A stretch of DNA of 36,623 nt from the sequence record SRR20825019_2350; one strand, given 5' to 3'. Positions 30,230 through 36,623 of the stretch are shown piece by piece. Every line of letters begins with the position of its first letter. The first letter of the stretch is position 1. The notes below the pieces were generated by a model. The model made no database searches. It was not told the origin of the DNA and saw nothing but the letters and a program-made list of their open reading frames with translations. The translations under genes and the position numbers were made by a program.

Positions 30230-30237
30230 TATCTTTG
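30230..30237 (+). promoter_or_regulatory. -7 element (TATCTTTG) for the pfkB-DUF349 operon
   Basis: Exact match 21 nt upstream of ATG 30259, followed by an A-rich leader. Confidence 0.65.
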
Positions 30238-30258
30238 CGCACACAATTAAAAACAAAC

Positions 30259-31188
30259 ATGAGTTTATTGACAGTAGGATCGGTTGCTTTTGATGCGATC
30301 GAAACACCATTCGGGAAGACAGACAAGATAATTGGAGGAGCAGGTACATACATTGCACTTTCAGCTTCATTTTACGAGAAAGACCAAAAAATTGTGTCTG
30401 TTGTTGGAGAAGATTTTCCACAAGAGATGTTGGATCAATTGAAGAAAAGAAGTGTAGATCTTGAAGGATTACAAATCAAGCAAGGTGAAAAAACATTCTT
30501 TTGGTCTGGTCGTTACCATAATGACATGAACTCACGTGATACGTTGATCACAGAATTAAACGTATTGGAGAACTTTGACCCAATTATTCCAGCGAGCTAT
30601 CAGGGAACAGAATTTTTGTTGCTAGGGAATTTGAGCCCACAGGTTCAGTCGCAAGTGATTGAGCGCTTAACTGCTCGTCCAAAATTGATCGCAATGGACA
30701 CCATGAATTTCTGGATGGACATCGCAATGGATGATTTGAAAAAAACCATTTCTATGGTAGATGTGTTGATCATCAATGATGAAGAAGCGCGTCAGCTTTC
30801 TGGAGAATATTCGTTGAAAAAAGCTTCGAAAGTAATCCGTAAAATGGGACCAAAATACTTGATTATCAAAAAAGGAGAACACGGAGCATTATTGTTCCAC
30901 GAATCACGAATGTTCTTCTGCCCAGCATTGCCGTTAGAGGATGTATTTGATCCAACAGGAGCAGGAGATACTTTTGCAGGTGGATTCATGGGATACATCG
31001 CAAGCACTGGAGATGATTCTTTTGAAAACATGAAGCGTGCAATGATTCACGGATCTGCATTGGCTTCATTTTGTGTAGAAAAATTTGGAACTGAAAGATT
31101 GATGACGTTGACGCAAGAAGACTTGACCAACCGCATCGGTGAGTTTGTTTCGTTGACAAACTTTAATATGGAACACGTAATTAGCTAA
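30259..31188 (+). CDS. PfkB family carbohydrate/nucleoside kinase
   Basis: 'VGSVAFD', 'GGAGTY', 'INDEEA' and PfkB signature 'DPTGAGDTFAGGF'. Start at ATG 30259. Confidence 0.94.
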   Translation: MSLLTVGSVAFDAIETPFGKTDKIIGGAGTYIALSASFYEKDQKIVSVVGEDFPQEMLDQLKKRSVDLEGLQIKQGEKTFFWSGRYHNDMNSRDTLITELNVLENFDPIIPASYQGTEFLLLGNLSPQVQSQVIERLTARPKLIAMDTMNFWMDIAMDDLKKTISMVDVLIINDEEARQLSGEYSLKKASKVIRKMGPKYLIIKKGEHGALLFHESRMFFCPALPLEDVFDPTGAGDTFAGGFMGYIASTGDDSFENMKRAMIHGSALASFCVEKFGTERLMTLTQEDLTNRIGEFVSLTNFNMEHVIS

Positions 31189-32898
31189 ATGATGGAAAGC
31201 GCAGAATTTATCTCAACACTGAAAGAACTTGCAGGAAACGACGATGTCTTGTTAGTAAGCAAAGATGTCAATGAACTTCGTTCTAAGTTTGACGATTATA
31301 TCATCGAGGAGGAACGCAAGTTCCAGGTTAGTCAACTTGAAGCAGAAGAGCAAGGAAACCCAATTCCTGAATTGGAAGGAGACTTCGGTAAAGAAGAATT
31401 CTACGCTATTTACAACATTTATCGTGAAGCACGAAAAGTAAAAGTGACGGAGCGAAAAGACAACGAAGCAAAAAATCTAACTGCGAAGCGTTCATTAATC
31501 AAACGATTAAGTGAAATTATCACTTCGGAGGAGAATATTGGCGCTGCGTTTTCAGCATTTAAGGAAATTCAAGAGGAATGGAAAACCATTGGTGACATTC
31601 CACGAGAAAATAGAAATGATATTCAAAAAGATTATTCCAAACTTTTGGAGGATTTCTTCTACAATATCAATATCTACAAGCAATTAAAAGATCACGATTT
31701 CCATAGAAATTACCAATTAAAGTTGGATGTGATTCAAAAATTGAAAGATCTTCAAAAAGAAGAATCGAACAAGGAAATTGAATCGCATTTGAAGCAACTG
31801 CAAAACGATTGGGAAGACATCGGTCCTGTTCCAAACGAAGAATGGGAGAGATTGAAAGAAGGTTATTGGACAGAAGTTCGTTCACTTTACAACCGCATCA
31901 ATAGATTCTACGAAGATCGTCGTGCTGCGCAACAAGAAAGTTTAGAGCAAAAACAAGCATTGGTTACTGAAATCAAAGCTGTAATGGAAACTCAAGCAGA
32001 GTGGGATTCTACGAATGTTTGGGAAGACAAAACGAAAATCATTCTTGAAATTCAAGAGCGATGGAAAGCAACTGGTTTTGGACCAAAAAAGGATAGCGAT
32101 TCGGTTTGGAAAGAATTCAGATCGGTTTGTGACACTTTCTTTGATGCTAAAAAGGCATTTTTCGGTAAAATCAATGAGAAGTTTGATGGAATTGCCGAAA
32201 AGAAGAAAGAACTGATCGCAAAAGCAATCGAACTTAGCGCTTCAACGGATTGGAAAGAAACTTCTAATCAATTGGTTCAATTACAAAAACGTTGGAAGCA
32301 ACTTGGTCATGCTGGTCGTAAAAATGAGCAAAAGCTTTGGAAATCTTTCCGCGCTGCGTGTGATTCATTCTTTGATGCACGTCAAAAAACATTTGAGAAT
32401 CAGGACAAAGAATTCGAAGGAAACCTTGCGTTGAAAGAAGCAGTAATTGCTGAACTTCAAGCATACGAAGTAACTGAAGACAAAACCAAATCTATTAATG
32501 ATTTGAAAGAGTTTTCGAACAAATTCAACGCAATTGGTCACGTGCCAATGAAGTCGAAAAACGACGTTTACAACGCTTTCAAAAAAGCAATGGACGAGTT
32601 GTACGGTAAGTTGAAAATGGATGGAACGGAAAAGGAAAAAATCTTGTTCCAGGCTAAAATTGACACGTTGAAATCAAGTCCAAACGCTTCACGTGTGTTT
32701 GGTGATTTGAAATTCGACCTACGTAAAGAAATAGACAAGCACAAAAAAGAAATCGTTCAATTAGAAAACAATCTTGGATTCTTCGCGAAAAGTAAAGGTG
32801 CAGATGCCTTGAAAAAAGACGTAGAAAAGAAAGTTTCTCGTGCGAATGATCAAATCGAATTGATTAAAACGAAACTCAAGATGATCCCGAATGAATAG
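31189..32898 (+). CDS. DUF349 domain-containing protein
   Basis: Repeated helical units 'LQ..W..IG..P.......W..F...CD.FF'. Its ATG directly abuts the pfkB stop. Confidence 0.9.
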   Translation: MMESAEFISTLKELAGNDDVLLVSKDVNELRSKFDDYIIEEERKFQVSQLEAEEQGNPIPELEGDFGKEEFYAIYNIYREARKVKVTERKDNEAKNLTAKRSLIKRLSEIITSEENIGAAFSAFKEIQEEWKTIGDIPRENRNDIQKDYSKLLEDFFYNINIYKQLKDHDFHRNYQLKLDVIQKLKDLQKEESNKEIESHLKQLQNDWEDIGPVPNEEWERLKEGYWTEVRSLYNRINRFYEDRRAAQQESLEQKQALVTEIKAVMETQAEWDSTNVWEDKTKIILEIQERWKATGFGPKKDSDSVWKEFRSVCDTFFDAKKAFFGKINEKFDGIAEKKKELIAKAIELSASTDWKETSNQLVQLQKRWKQLGHAGRKNEQKLWKSFRAACDSFFDARQKTFENQDKEFEGNLALKEAVIAELQAYEVTEDKTKSINDLKEFSNKFNAIGHVPMKSKNDVYNAFKKAMDELYGKLKMDGTEKEKILFQAKIDTLKSSPNASRVFGDLKFDLRKEIDKHKKEIVQLENNLGFFAKSKGADALKKDVEKKVSRANDQIELIKTKLKMIPNE

Positions 32899-33556
32899 AT
32901 CCATCAATATTCTCCTAGGCGTTGTGTTGTTTCCAACAATGCTAATAACCATTTATGTTGGTTTCGATTTGCCTATTGAATTTTTGAAAGTCTCAGGAAA
33001 TCAACTTCCGTACAAAGAAGAGATTTTACTGGGATTTGGATTACTCATTTTAACGCTTATTCTCCGACGATCTGCTCGTAGATGGACAGGAATGAGCATT
33101 GTGAACAAAACGGCTCGTTTCAAGTGGAATCAGGTGGTTAGTCGAGAGCGTAAGACGCGTGTTCAAACCTATTTGGGACTAGAAGCTCTGGTAATGATTT
33201 CCATGGCGTTCGCATTATACGTTGTTTCTCCAAAAGCGTTTGTTCCGTCTCTCGCCTTTTTAATTGGCGCAGTAGACAGTATTGTTTTTAGCGTGATCGG
33301 ATCGAGAAATAAGTACCGTGTTGGACTTTCCTCTAAAGCGCTTATTGTGGCAGACAGAGAAGTAACGTTTTTGTATTTCACTGGCTTGCGTAAGATCAGC
33401 ATGCATCAGCAAACGATTTATTTCGATTACATCAAAGAATTGCAACTTTCTTTCCCTGCAGATTGTATCCCGACAGAGAGTCGTCAGGAGTTTTACAAGA
33501 TATTGGAAGCGCAAGTGGATCCGGAAAGGGTTTTCTTTTCGAAGAGTATGAGTTAG
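32891..33556 (+). CDS. Hypothetical membrane protein (about 4 TMs plus a small C-terminal domain)
   Basis: 221-aa ORF overlapping the DUF349 gene end by 8 bp; hydrophobic segments. Confidence 0.75.
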   Translation: MNRSINILLGVVLFPTMLITIYVGFDLPIEFLKVSGNQLPYKEEILLGFGLLILTLILRRSARRWTGMSIVNKTARFKWNQVVSRERKTRVQTYLGLEALVMISMAFALYVVSPKAFVPSLAFLIGAVDSIVFSVIGSRNKYRVGLSSKALIVADREVTFLYFTGLRKISMHQQTIYFDYIKELQLSFPADCIPTESRQEFYKILEAQVDPERVFFSKSMS

Positions 33557-33561
33557 AACGT

Positions 33562-33945
33562 TTATTTCTTTCGGTAAAAGATCACAGATAGCGTTCTACT
33601 ATCAACCTTCCTGTCAATCAGGCGGAAAATAGAAAATCGCGACGAAATTCCGAGTCTTCGAACAACTAGATTGTCCCTACTGTGAAAATTTACAGAGTAG
33701 ATTCCACTTTCATGAATTTCAAAATCGAATACTCTTTTTCCTCTTCTCTTACCATATATCGACTGAATTGGAAATGGATGAACTGGAAGAATTGACTTCA
33801 GTGTATCCTCGTGGACTAGCTCAATTATGAAGCCATTTCGTTCTATTCCCCACCCTCCGATAATATCAGCGTGATACAACCCTTCATTGAAAGTAAGTCG
33901 TTTCTTGTTTTCATAGATGCCTATTGGAGCGGAGTAGTGAGCCAT
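33562..33945 (-). CDS. Hypothetical protein
   Basis: Open frame filling the gap (MAHYSAPIGIYENKK...IFYRKK). The start is uncertain: ATG 33945 or ATG 34038, the latter lying inside the repeat hairpin. Confidence 0.55.
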   Translation of the reverse strand: MAHYSAPIGIYENKKRLTFNEGLYHADIIGGWGIERNGFIIELVHEDTLKSILPVHPFPIQSIYGKRRGKRVFDFEIHESGIYSVNFHSRDNLVVRRLGISSRFSIFRLIDRKVDSRTLSVIFYRKK

Positions 33946-34060
33946 GTCGTTAAGTTCATCGGTACAATATATAATTTTTAAATCAACGAAATCTAGCGAA
34001 GTTTCATCTTTGTGTATCAAAAATTCGACTATGAGCATTACTCAATTCTCTTCGCCCTTA

Positions 34061-34096
34061 ACTTCGAAAACCTCAGTGTTCGGAGGAAACTTAATC
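34061..34096. repeat. Imperfect direct repeat, copy 1 (left of the TA module)
   Basis: ACTTCGAAAACCTCAGTGTTCGGAGGAAACTTAATC; 32/36 identical to 35385-35420. Confidence 0.9.
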
Positions 34097-34135
34097 ATGA
34101 TAATAATTAAAATTGATACATATTAAAACAACCTA

Positions 34136-34166
34136 TTGTTTCATAGTAAAACATTTTGTACTTTTG
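34136..34166 (+). promoter_or_regulatory. Sigma-A promoter of the TA operon
   Basis: TTG (34136-34138), 20-nt spacer, TACTTTTG (34159-34166): the canonical Bacteroidota -33/-7 arrangement. Confidence 0.7.
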
Positions 34167-34192
34167 TGGGACATTCAACCATAACACACGTC

Positions 34193-34996
34193 ATGGAAAA
34201 CAACCTATCACAACTTACAATCGGTAAACGGCTCACGGAAATGCGCAAACGACGAGGATTTTCTCAGTCTGATGTTGCAAAAGCAATGTCTATTTCCCGT
34301 CCTTCCATTGCACAAATTGAATTGGGCAATCGAAATGTGACTGTGTTGGAACTGCAGCGATTTTCCACCGTTCTTGGTTTTTCTCTAGACGATTTTGTTT
34401 CGAATAGTTTTCTAGAACATCAACCTTTAGAGGAGCAACCGCTCAAAAATTCGGAATCAGAACGAATTTCAGTTCCAAAGATGAACGTAAGTAAGTTTAA
34501 AAATGTGCTACTTTATATTCTCGAACACTGCGCGGGCAAACCAAACGTGGGAGAAACTGTACTCTATAAGTTGCTTTACTTTTCGGATTTCAACCATTAT
34601 GAACTCTATGAAGAGCACTTAACAGGAGCGAATTACCGCAAACTACCTTACGGTCCCGTTCCACAAAAATTAGATCATATCATCCAGCAAATGCTCGTTG
34701 ACAAGCAATTGCAACAAATAAAAACAGACTTTCACGGCTATCCACAAACACGTTATCTGCCTTTGGAAAAAGCAGATTTGACGTTGCTTCGGGCAAGTGA
34801 AAAAGAGGTGATTGACCGCGTAATTGAACAAATGAGTGATTGGTCGGCATCGGCGATTAGCAATTATTCGCACAAAGATTTGCCATGGTTAGCATCAAAA
34901 GAAGGCGACACGATAGATTATGAATTAGCTTTTTACCGAGAAGCACCATTTTCCGTTCGTAATTATGACGACGATCTAGAGCAAAATGAAGTTTGA
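34193..34996 (+). CDS. XRE-HTH fused to Panacea (DUF4065/SocA-like) antitoxin
   Basis: HTH 'IGKRLTEMRKRRGFSQSDVAKAMSISRPSIAQIELGNR'; DUF4065 pattern 'LYKLLYFSDF..Y......LTG..Y.KLPYGPVP...SAISNYSH...PW'. Start at ATG 34193. Confidence 0.88.
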   Translation: MENNLSQLTIGKRLTEMRKRRGFSQSDVAKAMSISRPSIAQIELGNRNVTVLELQRFSTVLGFSLDDFVSNSFLEHQPLEEQPLKNSESERISVPKMNVSKFKNVLLYILEHCAGKPNVGETVLYKLLYFSDFNHYELYEEHLTGANYRKLPYGPVPQKLDHIIQQMLVDKQLQQIKTDFHGYPQTRYLPLEKADLTLLRASEKEVIDRVIEQMSDWSASAISNYSHKDLPWLASKEGDTIDYELAFYREAPFSVRNYDDDLEQNEV

Positions 34997-35330
34997 CGAG
35001 TTGCCTGAATTCAGTAAGGATTTAAAGAACCTTCTGAAAAAATACCGAAGCTTGAAAGAAGATTTGACTGTCCTAAGACAAATTTTAGAAATCAAACCAG
35101 ACGGTCGGCCACCGTTTAGTTTTGAGATAAACGAATTAGCGATTGAAACGTGTGTTATTAAAGTGAAGAAAATCGCCTGTAAGTCGCTCAAAGGAAAAGG
35201 AGTTAATTCTGGCCTCAGACTAATCTATGCGCACTTTGAAGAGTTAGAAGAGATCATTTTTATCGAAATCTATCATAAATCGGATAAGGAAACAGAGGAT
35301 CGACAGCGAATTCTTAGGAATTTCGAATAG
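34986..35330 (+). CDS. RelE/HigB-superfamily toxin (putative mRNA interferase)
   Basis: 114 aa; 'PEFSKDLKNLLKKYRSLKEDL', 'KGKGVNSGLRLIY' and 'IEIYHKSDKE'. Overlaps the antitoxin gene by 11 bp. Confidence 0.8.
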   Translation: MKFDELPEFSKDLKNLLKKYRSLKEDLTVLRQILEIKPDGRPPFSFEINELAIETCVIKVKKIACKSLKGKGVNSGLRLIYAHFEELEEIIFIEIYHKSDKETEDRQRILRNFE

Positions 35331-35384
35331 TTTCCGCTGATGAAATAGCTTGAGTGACACAACTCAAAGAATCACCCTCGCCTC

Positions 35385-35420
35385 ACATCGAACACCTCAG
35401 TCTTCAGAGGAAACTTAATC
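35385..35420. repeat. Imperfect direct repeat, copy 2 (right of the TA module)
   Basis: ACATCGAACACCTCAGTCTTCAGAGGAAACTTAATC; 32/36 identical to 34061-34096. Confidence 0.9.
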
Positions 35421-35460
35421 GTCTTGTCAAAAAAGCTCAGGTTTTGTGTACTTTAGAATC

Positions 35461-36483
35461 ATGAGTTCTATCTCCCGAAGAAAGTTTATTCCTTTAATAG
35501 GCACCGCAATCGCTGGGGTTGCATCACTTTCTTTTGACGAAGCCAAATCCATTACGTCATCATTATTACTTCCAAACCGACTTAAAAAAGGCGACACCAT
35601 TGGAATTGCGGCTTCTGCTGGACCAATTGAGGACAGAAAAGAAGTGCAAGAATTTCAGAATGTTCTTCATAACCTCGGCTACAAAACGAAACTTGGAAAA
35701 AATATATACGGTCAATCGGGTTATTTTTCCGCGAGTGATGAAGAGCGTGCCAATGAATTTATGGAGCTCATTACTGATGGTGAAATTCACGGAATTTTCT
35801 TTATTCGCGGTGGTTGGGGTTGTGCACGAATTCTCGACTTATTGAACTACCCTATTATTGCTCAAAACCAAAAAGTTATAATGGGATTTAGTGACATCAC
35901 AGCACTTCTAAACGCTATCACATACAAAACCGGATTGGTTACATTTCACGGTCCAGGAGGAAATTCTACATGGAACGATTACAGCGTGAATTACATTCAG
36001 CGACTTATGCACGATGCTGAAAAAATAGTTTTCAAAAACACAGCAAAGGACGAAGCGATCATCACTTATAGTTCTGGAAGTGCCGAAGGTGTTTGTTTTG
36101 GAGGAAATCTTTCTGTGCTTAGCGGAATGATTGGTTCCAATTATCTCCCTGATTGGAAAGGGAAAATTCTGTTTTTGGAAGACGTTGCCGAAGAACCGTA
36201 TCGCATAGATCGAATGCTCACGCATCTTAAATTAGCAGGTGTTTTCGAACAAATTTCAGGATTAATTCTAGGGAACTTTAGAAATTGTATTCCCGAAAAT
36301 CCAGCACGATCATTTACCCTCAAAGAAGTATTTGAGCAACATTTTACGAACGCGAAGTTTCCTGTTTTTTATGGCGCTCAAATCGGACATGTAAAAAATA
36401 AATTCACGATTCCCGTTGGAGTTCGAGTAAAAATAGATGCCGATTTAGGAATGATTGAGCTGTTAGAAAGTGGAGTTAAGTGA
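35461..36483 (+). CDS. Peptidase S66 (LD-carboxypeptidase/MccF family) with a Tat signal
   Basis: 'RGGWG', catalytic Ser 'GFSDIT', 'GGNLS', Glu 'FLEDV', His 'IGH'; N-terminal SRRKFI twin-arginine motif. Start at ATG 35461. Confidence 0.92.
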   Translation: MSSISRRKFIPLIGTAIAGVASLSFDEAKSITSSLLLPNRLKKGDTIGIAASAGPIEDRKEVQEFQNVLHNLGYKTKLGKNIYGQSGYFSASDEERANEFMELITDGEIHGIFFIRGGWGCARILDLLNYPIIAQNQKVIMGFSDITALLNAITYKTGLVTFHGPGGNSTWNDYSVNYIQRLMHDAEKIVFKNTAKDEAIITYSSGSAEGVCFGGNLSVLSGMIGSNYLPDWKGKILFLEDVAEEPYRIDRMLTHLKLAGVFEQISGLILGNFRNCIPENPARSFTLKEVFEQHFTNAKFPVFYGAQIGHVKNKFTIPVGVRVKIDADLGMIELLESGVK

Positions 36484-36623
36484 TTTGCTAAGTAATAACA
36501 CACTACTGTTCGACAAAACTATTCTCGTGATCTCTAATGTGCCTTATTGACTAGGAGTTTAATGGCTTCGTGTATCAGCTGGGCTTACTTTCCACCTTTT
36601 TGTCATTGACACAAGAATTCGTG

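Noticed and set aside
34042-34098. Mini-ORF MIKFPPNTEVFEVKGEEN on the minus strand through repeat copy 1
   Set aside because: Only 18 codons, and the matching frame in copy 2 has no standard start. It could be a decayed gene end but is unsupported as a gene.
34061-35420. 36-nt repeats as a CRISPR array
   Set aside because: Only two copies, 1288 bp apart with genes between them; no spacers of normal length and no cas genes.
33550-35420. Classical integron attC sites
   Set aside because: No convincing paired RYYYAAC...GTTRRRY boxes with a long imperfect palindrome, and no intI in the window.
7582-35460. Longer N-termini in the ORF track for rbfA, yihA, pfkB, the antitoxin and the S66 peptidase
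   Set aside because: The extensions run through -7 promoter elements and lack family similarity, so downstream ATGs were used.
4448-36323. Remaining short 60-110 aa ORFs nested in or antisense to long genes
   Set aside because: They overlap well-supported CDSs and have no motifs or expression signals.
36484-36623. Possible 3' end of a minus-strand gene and a TGTCATTGACA palindrome at the right edge
   Set aside because: Too short to identify; no recognisable motif.

Overview
A mostly core-genome window from an AT-rich Bacteroidota bacterium, probably Flavobacteriales (the Crocinitomicaceae/Fluviicola-like placement is inference). The assignment rests on T9SS C-terminal domains, TAnnTTTG promoters and atpD starting its own unit. 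Housekeeping genes: the 5' part of atpD, rbfA, a LolC/E-type permease, an MsbA-like ABC transporter, purF, gpmI, yihA/engB, an AsmA-family gene, a PfkB kinase and a DUF349 gene. Other genes: three large T9SS-secreted proteins, a GT-C type glycosyltransferase, 3-hydroxyanthranilate dioxygenase divergent from an SDR, an MBL-rhodanese protein, an orphan histidine kinase and a Tat-signal S66 peptidase. The accessory part (about 33.5-35.4 kb) holds an HTH-Panacea (DUF4065) antitoxin plus RelE-like toxin, bracketed by two imperfect hairpin-containing direct repeats with no recombinase in the window. Features not shown by the ORF track: a probable ATT start codon right after the rbfA stop, an internally deleted pseudogene with an in-frame TAG, an ECF-type promoter motif upstream of all three T9SS cargo genes, and several probable leaderless transcripts. 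All family assignments come from motif recognition, not database searches. No rRNA, tRNA, CRISPR array or transposase was seen.
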